Origin: the human T2T-CHM13v2.0 reference genome, Homo sapiens
Length of the DNA stretch: 64,000 bases
NCBI RefSeq assembly: GCF_009914755.1
Contig: NC_060947.1
Strand: one strand, 5' to 3'
The translations under genes and the position numbers were made by a program. This document shows, piece by piece, positions 27,701 through 43,736 of this stretch. The first letter of the stretch is position 1. Each line of letters opens with the position of its first letter. The notes below the pieces were generated by a model. That model had not been told where the DNA came from. It ran no database searches and saw nothing but the letters and a program-made list of their open reading frames with translations.

Positions 27701-29714
27701 GAATTCTCTTTGCAATTGCTTTCATCAAAAGTAACTTGTTTATATTTGTGTGAATCTACTTCTGAAAGCTTTATGCTGCTGTTAGTCTCTTCCATATTTC
27801 TATCCTTTTGCCCATAGCAGATTTTCATGATTATTGTAGTTTTAGAGAAAAAACTTGCAATCAGGTATGCAAGTCCTCTAACTCTGCTCCTTTTCAAAAT
27901 TGTTTTGGCTCTTCTAATTTCTTTACCTTTCCATACACATTTTAGAATCAGGTTTTTGATATGCACAAAAACATGCTGGGATTTTGATTTTGATTGCATT
28001 GAATTTAGCAATATATCATGGAGAAGTGACATATTAATTATATTGAGTCTTACATTTATGCATCTGAAATAGGTGCACAATAATTTTGGTTTTTAATGAT
28101 TTCCTTCATCAGTGTTTTGTGGTTCCCAGCAAACAGATCATGCACACATTTTGCTACATTTGTATCCCAGTATTTTAATTTTCATGCTATTGCAAATGGC
28201 ATTCTTATTTAAAGTTGATTACAAGTACATATAATTTAACATTTATTTTCTGTATTGATAGTGCATTCTGAAAAGACTGAACTCTGTAGTTCTAGGAACA
28301 TCTTTGCTGATTCTTGGGAATTTTCTATGAAGACAATTATGTCATCTGTGAATACAGTTTACTTCCTTCCTTTCCCATTGGTGTGCCTTGTATTACTTTT
28401 TGTTGCCTATTTCACTGGCAAAAATATCGAGTATGTATTGAATAGGAGTAATAAGATAGAAGAAACTTTCCTATTTCCTGCCATAAGAGTACAACATTCT
28501 GTCTTTCAACAGTAAGTATGAAGTTAGCTGTAGGCTTTGAGTAGTTTGTAGATACCTCTTATCATGTTAAAAAAAAGTTCTCTTCTATCCTAGCTTTTGA
28601 GTTTTTTTTTCCAATTATTATAAATGGATGTTAAATTTATGCTTTCTCTGCATCTAATGAGATGATCACATTATTTTCTTCAATTCGTTAACCTAGTAAA
28701 TGATATTAATTTTCAAATGTTGAACCAACTTCTCATCCTTTAGATGAATCTGACTTAGTCTGATATTTTATCCTATTATATATTGCTGAATTTAATTTAC
28801 TAATATATTGCTGAGGATTTTCTGTCTAGTTTGAGATATTGATTTTTAGTTTTCTATTCTTGTATTGTCTTTGTCTGTACCCAGTACTATGATCACCTTC
28901 TAAAATTAGTTGAGAAGTATTCCCTTTTCCTGTGAGAGATTATCTGGTACTTGTTTGGTAGAATTTGAAAGTGAAACTACATGGACCTGGACTTTTGTTT
29001 GTGGAATATTTTCAACCAGATTCAATTTCATATGTATATTCATAGTTTTTTTCTTGAGTGAGATTTTGGTAGTTTGTTTTTCAAGGAATTAATCAATTTA
29101 ATTTAAATTGTCAAATTTAAGGTCATAGAGTAGTGTTCCCTTAATATTTTATAAATTAATGGTTAGTAGTGAAGTCTTTTCTTACATACCTGACATTGGT
29201 AATATGTATCTACTTATTTTTTCTTGCTCATTCTGATTAGAGGTTTATGAGTTTTATTAATCGTTTCAAAGGGCTACATTTGACTTCATTGGTTTTCTGT
29301 TTTTGTGTTTTTAATTTCATTGTTTATTTTGTTGCTTATTTTTCTTATTTTCTTTCTTCTATTTCCTTTTATGTAATTGACTCTTTTTTTTTCTAGTTTC
29401 TTACGGTGGAAGTTTAGAAATCTGATTTTATGTCTTTCCACTTTTCTAATGTAAGCATTTTATCTTGTAAATTTCCCTTTAAGGATTGCTTTAAATGTAC
29501 CCTGAAAATTTGATATATTGTATTTTCATTTTAATTCAGTCCAAAATATTTATTTAACTTTGCTCTTGAAACTTCCATTTTGACACCTGTGTTATTTGGA
29601 AGAATGTTTTCTTAAATTCGAAATAATTGTAAATTTTCCTGATATCTTTATACTATTTATTTCTGTAAAGTTGTGTTATGATTCAAAATTATACATTTAA
29701 GGACTTGTGAAGGA
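24791..29714 (-). mobile_element. Old L1MC/L1MD-type element, 3'UTR through ORF2, degenerate
   Basis: 3'UTR motifs like those at 10905-11900. ORF 27685-28080 translates to a degenerate L1 ORF2 (KNLILKCVWKGKEIRRAKTILK). Confidence 0.8.
29508..29705 (+). repeat. Fold-back palindrome arm (~200 bp, L1M-derived), partner at 31608-31804
   Basis: Reverse complement aligns collinearly with 31608-31804, roughly 85-90% identical by eye. Confidence 0.9.
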
Positions 29715-29725
29715 CTCATTTTCTT

Positions 29726-31539
<1,814 letters not shown>

Positions 31540-31607
31540 TAAATTATAAATTTTATCACTTATGTTATAAATTTTCTGATGATAAAACATTTTTTCAAGA
31601 AAATGTG

Positions 31608-31804
31608 AGTCCTTAAATGTATAATTTTGGATCATAACAGAACTATAAAGAAATCAATAGTATGAAGATACCAGGAAAATTGACAATCATTTTGAATTTA
31701 AGAAAATATTCTTCCAAATAACACATCTGTCAAAATGGAAATTTCAAGGCCAAGTTAAACAAATATTTTGAATTGAATTAAAATGAAAATGCAATATATC
31801 AAAT
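31608..31804 (-). repeat. Fold-back palindrome arm, partner at 29508-29705
   Basis: agtccttaaatgtataattttg...cttccaaataacaca.ctgtcaaaatggaa...aatatatcaaat. Confidence 0.9.
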
Positions 31805-32706
31805 ATTTATTTATAATTTTATAAAGGTAAAATAATTTTTACCTTTATCTTGGTGACCGTTTCCTGTCCACTAAAGAAGAATGTTATTCTGCTCTTGTTG
31901 CATGGATGGATTTCTAAATATCTACTAGGTAAAGTTGGTGGATAGTGTTGTTGTTCAAGTCATCTGTATTCTTACTGATTTTCTGCCTTCTTTTCTGTCA
32001 GTTTTTGAGGAAGGAGCATTAAACTGTCAACTCTATTCGTGAATTTGTTTGTTTCACCTTTGAGTTCAATTAACCTTTGACCTATGTGTTTTGAAGCTCT
32101 TTTGTTAGCTGGACAAACATTCAGGATTATTATGTTTACTTTGAGAATTGTCCCTTTATTATAATATAATGTTCCTCTTTATTCCAGCAAATATTTATTC
32201 CTGTTAAGTCTAACTTACCTGATGTTAACACAGCTATTTTATCTTTCTGTTAGTGTTTATGATATCTTTGTTTATCATTTAACTTACTTATAACTTTTTA
32301 TGTCTTTCTCTTTGTTGTAGAGAGCATATTGTTGAGTCATGGTTATTGTATTAAATTTGACATTTTACGTCTTTTAACTCATGGTCTTAGAGCATTCACA
32401 TTTATAGTGATTGAGATTGTTAAATTTCACCAGTTTAGGTTTTCCTATATATTCCATGTGTTTATTGTTTTTTTATTTTCCTGTCTCAGGTTAATTGATA
32501 ATTAGTAGGATTACATTTTATCTCTCTATTAATTAACTATACCTCCTCTTACAATTCTATTCACGATTGCAATGCAGATTACTTTCAATTACTCAGTCTA
32601 CATCCAAATAATATTTTAACACTTCCTGTATAATAAAAGAATCTTAAAACATTATATTTCCCAATCTTCTTTCCCAACCTGAATACTATTAATATTATAC
32701 TTCTAT

Positions 32707-32709
<3 letters not shown>

Positions 32710-32746
<37 letters not shown>
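32710..32746. repeat. (CA)n microsatellite
   Basis: About 18 CA units. Confidence 0.97.
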
Positions 32747-32749
<3 letters not shown>

Positions 32750-33092
32750 AACATAATACATTGCTACTGTTTTTGCTTTAGGCAGTTACATTTTAGAGCA
32801 GTTAAAGTTAGAAAAATATTATTTTACCATTATTTTTTCCATTTCCAGTTCACTTTATTTCTTTTTGTACAATGAAATTTCGGTATGGTATCTTTTCTGC
32901 CTGAAGAATTTCTATTAACATTTTTTATAGAGTAAATCTACTGCAAATATATTCCCCAAATTTTTGTTGGTTTGATCTTTATACCTGTATGTAATGTTTG
33001 TTTGCTCCTGTATGTGATATTTCTTTTTTGTCTGGCTGCTTTAGCAATTGTCTCTACAGTTTTTAAGCAGTTTGAGTATGATATGACTAGCG

Positions 33093-33094
<2 letters not shown>

Positions 33095-33123
<29 letters not shown>

Positions 33124-33130
33124 TGTGTGT
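33095..33130. repeat. (TG)n microsatellite, interrupted
   Basis: Seen directly. Confidence 0.95.
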
Positions 33131-33479
33131 TGCTATTTATACTGCTTGGTATTTTATGAATTTCTTGGATATGTGGTTTGGTGTTCGTCATTTACAAACC
33201 TATCACCCATTACATAATTCTTCAAATGCTTCTTTTGTTTCTTTTTCTCTATCTCTCTCTCTCTTTCTGGACCCTCCTTCTAGGACCCCAGTTGCCCTTA
33301 TATTAGACATTTGTTTATTGTTTCACAGTTATTGGATAATCTGGCTTTCATTTTTTTAATATTTTCTCCTCTGAGTTTCAGTGTTGATTACTTCTATAGA
33401 TGTATACTCAAGTTCACTAATTCTTTCCTTAGCGAGTATTGAGCTTACTAATGCATTTCTAGAAATCGTTGTTTTCTAA

Positions 33480-34605
33480 TTGTTTAATTTTTTTATTTTT
33501 ATTTTTATTATTAAGGGTACATAATATTTATACATATTTATTGGGTACGTAATTAGGGTATCCATCACTTAAAGCCTTTATCATTCCTTTGTCTTCGGAA
33601 CATTCCAATTCCACTCTTAGTTATTTTAAAATATACAACAAATTATTAACTATAGTGCCCTTATTGTGCTACCAAGTGTTGGATCTTATTTATTATATCT
33701 TACTGTATTTCTGTACCCATTAACCATCCCAATTTTATCCCCCCATCCCTGCCACCCTTCCCAACCTCTAGCAGCCATCATTCCACCCTCTATCTTTATG
33801 AATTCAGTTTCTTTAAGCTCCTACCTATGAGTGAGAACATACTATACAACCTTTTTATTTCTGTGCCTGGCTTATTTCCCTTAACATAATGTCCACCAGT
33901 TCCATCTATTTTGTTGTAAATGACAGGATTTTATTTCATTTTTATGGCTGAATAATATTCCATTGTGTGTATGTACCACGTGTTCCTTACCCATTCATCT
34001 GCTGATGGAAACTTATGTTGCTTCCATATCTCAGCTGTTGTGAATAGTGCTGCAAGAAGCATGAGAGTGCAGATGTCACTTTTATAAAATGGCTTTCTTT
34101 CTTTTGAATATATATCCAGTAGTGGAACTGCTAGATCCCTTGGTAGTTCTAGCTTTAGGTTTTTGAGAAACCTCCATATAGTTTTCCACAGTGGCTGTAC
34201 TAATTCACATTCCCCTCATCAGCATAAGAGGGTTCTCTTTACTCTACATTCTCCCTAGCATCTGTTATTCCCAGTCTTTTCAATAAAAGCCATTTTAATT
34301 TGGGTGAGGTAATATCACATTGTAGTTTCAATTTGTCTTTCTCTGATGAATAGTGATGTTGAGCATTTTATAGACCTGTTGACCATTTGTATATCTTCTT
34401 TTGAGAAATGTTTATTGAGATATTTGCACATTTTAAATAAGATTATTTGCTTTTTATTAAGTTGCCTGAGTTCATTTTATATTCTGGTTACTAATCCCTT
34501 ATCAGATGTGTAGTGTGCAAATGTTTTCTTCCATTCTGTGGTTTATCTCTTCACATTGTTTATTGTTTACTTTGCTATTCAGAAGCTTTTTAGCTTGATG
34601 TGAAA
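33480..34605 (-). mobile_element. L1MA (L1MA1-3-like) 3' portion, 5'-truncated
   Basis: gggtacataatatttatacatattta..gggtac...cattccaattccactct...agaaacctccata...agaagctttttagcttgatgtg. Confidence 0.85.
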
Positions 34606-36241
34606 TAAAATTATTCTTTATCAAAGTCTTTTTAAATAATATTTCCATTTGATTGTTTAGTGATAGCCTACATTTATAATAAGAGTTTGTTTGGCAGTGG
34701 ATTTTGTTTTCCAATGTCAGCTCTACCCTTAGCCTTAAGTCTTTCCTTTGCATTGTTCTCTGTTGTTTTGAGTATCCCTCAGTTTTAGGCTGGTACTTTG
34801 TCCTTAGAACTCATGGAGACCACTGTCAGTGCTGTTTCTCTTCTTGCATAGTTCTGAACATAGAATTTATTTCTGTCCCACTTTAATGCCCAACTGACCT
34901 GCCCCTTCCTACAGCTGTAATCAGATTTTACAAGTACTCTAAATATGACAGTGTTCGTTGTCCCTCCTACCACAAATTTAAGTTATTGTTTGATGGAGTA
35001 AATAAGGAAGAGGAGACCAGATGAAGTTTTTTGCCCATCCTACTGTATCTACTGTTCCCATCCTTCATTTATGAATATGAGGGAGACTTTCTCAAGACTT
35101 CTCCAAGCTCTCTGTGATCACAAAGTGGGATCTTAGAAGAAAAAGCAAGAAAGAGGATGTAGACGTCCTATGTACATGCAACCACCAGGGACTTAACCCT
35201 CTATCACGAATATGCAGTTTACTGACCTTCACCAATTTGCCAATCACCCTAGCTGAACTCCTCTTATTGATGTCCAGTTGCATCTTACCCATACAATCCA
35301 GGGCTCAAGTTTCAATCCTCCCAGTAAGTGTCTGTCTCTCCCAAGATTCTAGTCATTTTCTCATTTTGAGATGTCAGTACTATGATGGGTTCTAGAAAAG
35401 TTATGAACTTGCTCTTGGTCCAGCACTTTTTAGAGTTGTAAGATCTGGAGAAATGCTCTTTCCAACTTTCTTCATTTCCAAGTAAAACCAGAATTGTCAT
35501 TCTAATCATTTTTATTCTTACATTTCAAAACATCAAGATTTGAAAGTTCAATCAGATGTGATTAGGCTTATCCTTATGCTCAAATACTTCTTCTTGTTTC
35601 TCAGGGAGCAGCTATCAATAAGACTTATATATATGTTTTCTCTGTGAATGTCACCATCGATTCAGACAGCAGCAACCTCAAAAACAAAACAATATTTTCA
35701 TTTCCATGTAAGTGCCCATATTCCCAAATTTATTTATGTTTCAACATTTAAAAAAGAAAATATGCCATATGTATATTGTGTATCCTAAAATATATTTTTT
35801 CAATTTTTATCTCAATTATGACCATATTGGAAATTGAATATAAATGCAAATAAGGTTACTACAGTCTCAAATGTTAGTTTGATAAAGGTTGCTTATAATG
35901 TCATAATTTTAGTGCTGTCTACAAAACAAAACAAAAACCCAGTTTTATTTCTTCATGTTACTAGCAAGTGTGTGCATCCTGATTTCTTGATTTTGTTAAT
36001 AAATCTACAGAAAAAAATAGAGGCTGTAAAATCAGACAATTACTAGTTGTGCAGTCTTAGGCAACTACTTTAAGTATTCTCTTCCTTAGTTGTTATATTA
36101 CTTACAGTAGTTCCAACTTAGCATGGGTTGCAGTAACAGGTAAATGGTTATGCTCAAAATAACATGGAATCAAGCTTTTCTTTTCTTAGCAGTGCACCAA
36201 GAACACTGTCGAGTTACACAGATACCAAGTTCTCAATTCAA

Positions 36242-36434
36242 TAGATGTGTTTTGAAGCTGGCTCATACTGGCTCATGAGATCTGATTTTTAAACTTTCAG
36301 AAATTTTGCAAGTTGGTTTTTACATCATTCGTAGCTTGAAATTGTCTTCACAGTGGCATTATTTATATTAGAAAATGCTACAAATTAGAGCTCCTTTTCC
36401 ACTGTTAGAGAGCTGCTTTACCAGGATATCACTG
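36242..36434 (+). mobile_element. MER63A-like hAT-Blackjack MITE
   Basis: gctggctcatactggctcatgaga..tgatttttaaactttcag.aattttgcaag...gtagcttgaaat...gctacaaattag...tttaccaggatatcactg. Confidence 0.75.
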
Positions 36435-37579
36435 CATATGCCTGGGCAACTCAATCATATGACACCCAGAAGGCCTCAGATGGATTAAAAATTCTGAACT
36501 CTGCATGTAACAGCTTATTTATGATCAGAAAATGGATCAGTTGGTTAATGAGTAAAAAAAATCATAGGTCATTAGTCCATGTAATTCACAGAATAATAGC
36601 AATGTATGTAGATGTATGACAAGATAATGCAGTATGGATTTTTATTCTCTGATGTTACTAAGCAACTCCAGGAAAACAAACATTTACAAGTAATAAAAGA
36701 AGCATTGAACAATTGACCAAACTACCTTATTTATGTAAATTAACTAAAAACCTGAGATGTGCAAAATAAGGGAGCAATTAAAAATGTAGAATAATATGAA
36801 ATGTTAGTTGTTTAACTTTTCTGTCAGAGATAATTTAACGGTTTTAATTCTTAAGAATTTTATTAAATTTCAGGGAAATAACAACATTGTCTCTCTCTTA
36901 AAAGAAAGAAAGAAGTGTTGCTGTGATGTAAATTTAACACCATGCTCATTATAAAAATTTTGGAACAGAAAGAGAAGCAGAAAGAAAATAAATCATTCAG
37001 TCTTCACCCACAAAGACAACCACTGTGACTATTTCAAATTGTTTCCTTCCAAATTTTGCTCTAGGTTTCGTCTTTCTTTTTAAACTTTTATTTCTTTTTA
37101 TGCATTATATTTGTGTTTAATATACTTATGGTCATATGACATATTTCATAACACACTTATGTAAGACATATGCCCTTATGTATGATAGTTTTAGATTCAT
37201 TCACATTATAAATGTAGATTATTAGTGCAGAAAACAAAGAAAAGTACATTAAATAGAAGTATATTTAAAAAGAAAAAATACAACTTAAATTATGTCAATT
37301 ACATTACAAAGATTTTGGGATAATGCACCAAAACGTTAATAGTGTTTATATTTGGGTGGCGATTATTTTTATCTTTAAAAAATGCATATCATAAAAATGC
37401 ATTAACATAATTAAGACTAAATCGTACATACAAATATTTAAGTATGGTAAACATGAACATTTACAAGTATTTGATAAAAAAATTGTAAGAAGAGGTTTGT
37501 TACAAATAGGAAATTATTTGCTTTGTTTAATTAAATAAAACATCATGTAATGTAATTTATAAAATGCCAAAAACACAAC

Positions 37580-39099
37580 TATTTTTAATTGATACATTAT
37601 ATTTTACATATTTATGGAGTACATGTGATATTTTGCTCCATGCACAGAATGTGTAATGATCAATTCAGAGTATTTAGGGTATCCATTACCTCGAGTGTTT
37701 ATCATTTCTATGTGTTGAGAACATTTCAAGTCTTCTCTTCTAGCTATTTTGAAATATACAATACATCGTTGTTAACTACAGGCACCCTACTCTGCTATGA
37801 AATATTGGAACTTATTTCTTCTGTCTGACTATAAGTTGCCCATTAATCTCTCTTCCCCACTGCCCCCACCACCACACACACACCTTCCCTAGCCTCTGGT
37901 ATTTATCACTCTATTCTCTACCTCCATTGGATCAAAGTTTTTAGCTCCGGTGAGTGATAATATAAAACACTTAACTTTCTGTGTCTGGCTTATTTTACTT
38001 AACATACTGACCTCCAGTTACATCCATGTTGCTACTAATGACAGAATTTCATTTTTTATGGCCATATAGTACTTTATTGTCTATATATACCACATTTTAT
38101 TTATCTATTCATCCTTTGATGGACACTTAGGTTTCATGTCTTTACTACTGTAAATAGTGTGGCAATAATTATGTAGGTATAGGTATCCCTTTTATATACT
38201 GATTTTCTTTTCTTTAGATAAACACCCATTATTGGGGTTGCTGTAGAGTACGGTAGTTCTATTTCTAGCTTTTTGAGAAATCTGCATACTGTTTTTCATT
38301 GTGGCTGTACTAATTTAAATTCCCACGAATAGTATATATGATGCTCCTTTTCTCTTCATCTTTACCAATGTCTCTTAATTTTTGTCTATGTAGTAATAGC
38401 CATTCTAACTGGGGTAAGATAATATCTCATTGTGGTTTTAATTTGTATTTGATTAGTCAGGCTGAGCATTTTTTCAATATACTTGTTGGCCATTTGTATA
38501 TTTTTGAGAAATTTTGATTTATGCACTGTCTTCACTTTTTAATGGGATTATTAGTTTATTAACTTTTGGGTTATTTGAGATTCTTGCATATTCTGGATAT
38601 TAGTCACTAGTTAGATCAATAGTATATAAATATTTTCTCCCTTTCAAAAGATTTTCTCTTTAATTTATTGATTGTTTCCTTGGCTGTATAGAAGCTTTTT
38701 AGTTTAATATACTTCCATTTTTTTAATTTCGCTTTTGTTTCTTGTGCTTTTCAGTCGTTAGCCATAAAATATTTGCCTTGACAAAATTCCTAAAGTGATT
38801 TTCCTATGTTTTCTTTTACTAGTTTAATAGTTTTAAGTCTTACATTTAAGTTTTTAATCCATCTTGAGTTGATGTTTGCATATAGTAAGAGATAGCAGTC
38901 CAGTTTCGTTTTTCTGCATATGGACATACACTTTTTCAGCATAATTTATTGAATAGGGTGTCTTTTCTTCAATGTATGATTGTGGTACTTTTGTCAAAAA
39001 TCAGTTGGCGGTAAATATGTAGATTTCTTTCTGAGTTATTTATTCTGTTCCATTGACTTATGTATCTGTATTTATAGTAATACCATGTTGCTTTGGTGA
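37580..39099 (-). mobile_element. L1MA2/3-like 3' portion, 5'-truncated
   Basis: catatttatggagtacatgtgatatttt...tgtgtaatgatcaa...gggtatccattacctcgag, followed by antisense ORF2 to ttgctttggtga. Confidence 0.88.
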
Positions 39100-39455
39100 A
39101 ATGGTTACTGTATTGTTACGCAATTTTGCTCTTGTGTTGTACTAAAAATTTTTTAATTTTTTTAACAAAGTGCATTCAAAGTGTAGTAATCATTGTTAAC
39201 AAATATTAGAGCAGAGTACTACTTATTGCTTTCAAATTTCAAAGCATGTGAAGAGATTCTAAATGTGTTTGGATGAATATTTTAGTTAAAATAACTCACA
39301 TTCCAAGAAAATACAAAATCAATTTAGACTACAGATGAATCCTACAAATTTTAAATGTCCATGCCAAATTTAAAGCAAAAGTTACTCCACTCTTTTCGCA
39401 ATTTTGTGGCCATCTAAACATTATGCTGCACATTCTAGTTTTCTTGGTCACCTTC

Positions 39456-40090
39456 TGTGGTAGGCAGAATTGTAAGATGGCCCTAAAAATTCTCAGCATC
39501 TGGCATACACACATCTTCTCCTTGTTGTTCAGTAAAACACTAATCTAAGTACTATTGTGAAGAGATTTTGTAGATGTTATTAAGAACACAAATCAGTTGA
39601 TTTTAAGATAGGGAGATTATCCAAGTGGGCCTAACCTAATAACATCAGCACCTTAAAGACGGAGTGTTCTACAGCTAGTGATGGGAAAGCAAGACTCCAG
39701 TTGATGACAAAAGAGGATGCACTCTTGTCTTCTGGGAGTAAAGCAAACATCCATTTTGCTACCTGCTTATGAAGGCCACATGACAAGGAACCATAAGTGT
39801 GCTATAGAAGCCTAGAGTAGTCCCTACTGACAGCTAGAAAGAAAACAGATCCTCAGTCCTTGTACCACAAAGAACAGAATTCTGCCAATAGTGAGCTTGA
39901 GAGAGGACTCTGAGTCAAGATAAGAACTGCAGCCCCAGCTGATACTTTGGTTTTAGCCTGGTGAGACCTTAAGAAGAAAATCCACCCATTCCAAAACCTC
40001 AGGCCTACAGAAATTAAGATAAAAGACGTATGTAGTTTTAAGCTGCTAAGTTCGTGGTATTTTTTTACACAGCAATAAATAACTAGTACA
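39456..40090 (+). mobile_element. MLT1E-like MaLR solo LTR
   Basis: tgtggtaggcagaattgtaagatggccc...gggagattatcc.agtgggcctaacctaat...gttttaagctgctaagtt.gtggta...cagcaata.ataactagtaca. Confidence 0.85.
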
Positions 40091-40498
40091 CACTCTAAAA
40101 TGTAAGGCATTCTAGCTATTTATCCTCTCACATATCCTTCTCTCTTGCTCCATGATTTCATATCCTGATCAAGATTCATAATCCTTCCTTCCCTTCCAGA
40201 ACTTTACACTGTGTAAAGTTGATAGTCATCTCTGTTTTAAATATATTCACTGATTGCTTTTTCTGTATCTTTACCTTGACTGAAACCGGCTCTTCTCCAT
40301 GGGCAAGTTTTGCCTATAACCTTTTCAAAGCGAGGGTATTCATTCTATCATACACTACGAACCTCAGGGTCAGTTGAGAATAATGGTAATAATAGAGAAC
40401 ATTTGCTGAATATTCGTGTGGCAGGTACTGTGTGCCACAAATGGGTGCCTTTACACACATCCTTTGCTTTACAAAACAAAAAAATTATGCGTAAGGAT

Positions 40499-40860
40499 GT
40501 GTGCCAGCAAATGATACCTACTTCATAGCACTCTCTCCTTCCTTCTTTATGAACTGAACTTCAATGTTGTTCGAAGAACTAACTTCCCAACTAGGAACTG
40601 CATTTCCCAGCCCACCTTGCAGATAGATAGCTATGTAACAGAGTTCTGGTCAATGAGATGTAAAAAAAAGAAAAAATGGTTTGGACTTCCTGGACAGCTC
40701 TTTAGAAACAAAAAGAATTCAGTTGGCACGAAGTTTTGCTGTTTGTTCTTTCTTGCCAGCTTAAGCCTAGTTGCGTTGCCTTTTGGGCAGGAGGTTTGGA
40801 AGGAAAGAGTCACCTGGCAACTCTGAAGACTAGATTCACTTTAAAAGATAGGTGGTGAAC
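40499..40860 (+). mobile_element. LTR16-like (ERVL) LTR, 5' part
   Basis: catttcccagcccaccttgcag...atgtaacagagttctggtcaatgagatgtaa. Confidence 0.6.
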
Positions 40861-40869
40861 CCCAAAAAC

Positions 40870-41360
40870 AGATGGAGATTGAGAACACCACCGCCAGAGT
40901 CACAAGAACAGCAATAGGGAACTGGTGCTCAACCAATAGAAACCGTGTCCATCGGCTGGGCATGGTAGCTTAACGCTTGAAATCCCAACACTTTTAGGAG
41001 GCCAAGGCTAGTGAATTGCTTGAGCCCAGGAGTTTGAGATCAGCCTGGGCAACATAGCAAAACCACATCTTTACAAGAAAAAAAAATAGCTGGACATGAT
41101 GGCATGTGCCTGTCTTTTCAGCTATTTGGGAAGCTGAGGCAGGAGGATTGCTTGAGCCCAGGAGGTGGAGGTTGCAGTGAGCCGAGATTGTGCCACTGCA
41201 CTATAGCCTTGGCCACAGAGTGAGAACCTGTCTCAAAAGAACAACAACAACAACAAAATACACTCCTGATCCAGTCACCTTTCACCAGGTTCCATCTCCA
41301 GCACTAGAGGCTACATTTCAACAAGAGAGTTGGGTGCGAACACAGATCCAAACCTTATCA
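40870..41360 (-). mobile_element. MST-type MaLR LTR fragment, interrupted by an AluJ
   Basis: gatccagtcacct..caccagg..ccatctccagcact...catttcaaca.gagagttggg...acacagatccaaaccttatca (reverse of the LTR start). Confidence 0.7.
40954..41260 (+). mobile_element. AluJ SINE, full length
   Basis: ggctgggcatggtagc, ttgcttgagcccaggag in both arms (J-type), and a (CAA)n tail. Confidence 0.92.
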
Positions 41361-41412
41361 GCAGGCCGCCATCTTTTATCGCCCTGTAGCACTCGCCACT
41401 GTTGCCCTGAGA

Positions 41413-41525
41413 CTCCAGCCTCCCAAAGAGCTGAAACGACAGGCACATGCCATCATGTCCAGCTATTTTTTTTTCTTGTAAATATGAGGTTTTGCTATGT
41501 TGCCCAGGCTGATCTCAAACTCCTG
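41413..41525 (-). mobile_element. Old Alu/FLAM fragment
   Basis: cagcctcccaaa...caggcacatgcca...ttgctatgttgcccaggctgatctcaaactcctg. Confidence 0.8.
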
Positions 41526-43736
41526 TGTAGATCCCAAGTACTGTGTAGCTATTCAACAGAAAGCTGACCAGACTGTTTTCCATGAAGATTTCTGTTCCTG
41601 CTTCTCCCCACTGAGCAGGGCCTCCCAACATGGGACTCCAGCTCAACTACCCTGCCCCTGCCTGAACACTTCAGTTGGAAGTGGCTTTGCATTTCTCTGA
41701 GGAGGAAATCTTAGAAACAAACCACAGGCCAGCAGCCATTGCAGCTGCAGTGGTACCATCCTAATTGTCCTTGGGCTAGGGAAAAAAACAAAGGACCTGG
41801 TTGCTGTGCTGGCACCTCCAGCACACTGCAGCCACCATACAGAGAGGAGTCCAGTCTCTTTTCCCTGTAACTCTTCATCCCCCAATCTTCACAAAGCGAG
41901 GCCCCTGGCTCGTAATGTTGGAACAGCTGCCCCACCCCTACTTGAGCATACCCACTGGTAGTGGCTCCCGGAGGCAACTGAAAGCCCCTCTGCCATTGCC
42001 AGAGCAGTGGATCTATCCCTGCTGCCCTCAGTCTGGGAGAGAAACAAAGAGCTTGGAGGCGTCACACACACTTCTAGCACACCACAGTCACCATATAGAG
42101 AGGTGCCCAGTCTTTCCTGGCTGTGAGCCCTGAACTCCCTGCTCTTCACCAGACAGAGCCCCAAACCTGAGCCAGAGAGTGCAGTACCCCATACTATGGC
42201 TGAACATTCCCATTAGCAGTGGATCCGCATTTCTTTGAGGTGGAGCTCCCAGAGGCAACCAAAAATCTCTCTGCCACTGCTCTTCCAATTGTTCTACCCT
42301 TGCCGCCCTTGAACTGTGGAAGGAGCAAAGACCCTGAGTGCTTTAACCACACCTCTAGCAAGCTGCAGTTGCCCTAAGGAAAACAGGCCAGTCTGTCTCC
42401 CTCATCATCTCCTTGCCCTCCCTGCTCACCACCAGGTAGGGCCCCTGTGGCTTGGGCACACAACAGAACCACCCTAGTCTGAGATAATTGCACTGATTGA
42501 TAGTGGCTCTGCATCTCTTTGGGGTGGAGCCCCAAGTGACAAGTAAAAGGCCCTTTGCCACAACCACTGCCATGATCTCTTCCTCTGCTGCCCCCAAGCT
42601 GTGGAGGGAGCATAAAGCCTGAGCTCACCCCAGAGCTGTGGTGTGCAGCCTATGAGTGCCAAGCCAAGATCTATAGCTAGTACTAGAGCGGGAGAGGAGC
42701 CCACATTTTCAGACCACTGAGAGGGTGCCTGATTGCAATGTTGAGGAAATACAGAGGAGTCATGTGGCTGAGCAAAAGCTTACCTACTGACCATAACACT
42801 TAAATGCCATCTACTGGATAATAGCCCAAACTTCAACACCAAAAAATACTTTGCTAGCATACTCCCTTGTGGAACCAAGAACAAGAACTCATCTACAAAT
42901 AAAGACCTTACACAAAGCCTCAGATCTCTGAAAACATTCAGAAAAGAAGTCTACTGACTGTACTCAAATTACATTAAAGTTAAAGGAACATCAGCCCACA
43001 CAGATGAGAAAACACCAACAGAAGAACTCTGGCAGCTCAAAAGCTAGAGTGTCTTCTTTCTTCCAAATGACTGTATGACTTCTCCAGAAAGCATTCTTAA
43101 CTGAGCTGAAATGGCTGAAATAAAACATAAATCAAATTTATGATATGGATAGGAATGAAATCTCTGAGGTTCAGCACAAAGTCAAAACCCAATCCAAGGA
43201 ATCTAAGAATTACAATAAAACAATACAGGAGACGATAGACAACATGCCCATTAGGAGAAAGAATCACGCTCCTCTGATAGAACTAAACAACACACTACAA
43301 GAATTTCATAATGCAATCATTAAGTATTAACAGCAGAATAGAACCAGCTGAGGAATAAATCTCAGACGTCCAATACTGACTCTCTTAACTCACTCAGACC
43401 AAAAAATTGAAAAAGCATAAAAATAATAACTGGGAGAAAACAAGCAACTTGGAAAACATATTTCAGGATACCATTCATAAAAATGTCCTTAACCTCACTA
43501 GAGATTCTAACATTCAAATTCCAGAAATGCATAACCCCAGTGAGATACTACACAGGAAGACCTTCCCCAAGACACACAATTATCAGATTCTTCAATGTGG
43601 AAATGAAACAAAAAATGTTAAAGGCAGATAGAAGGAGCAGATCACCTACAACGGGGACCCCATCAGGCTAACAGTGGACCATCCAGCAGAAACCCTACAG
43701 GCCAGAAGAGATTGAGGGCCTATATTCAGTATTCTT

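Larger units (their letters stand above)
31830..33470 (-). mobile_element. Continuation of the old L1M (ORF2 endonuclease / ORF1 region)
   Basis: aagaatgttattctgctcttgttg...gttcaagtcatctgtattcttactgattttctg...ttttgaagctct. Confidence 0.7.

Noticed and set aside
41640-42710. Cluster of overlapping GC-rich ORFs (also 58301-59418)
   Set aside because: This is L1 5'UTR sequence. Stop codons are simply rarer in GC-rich DNA.
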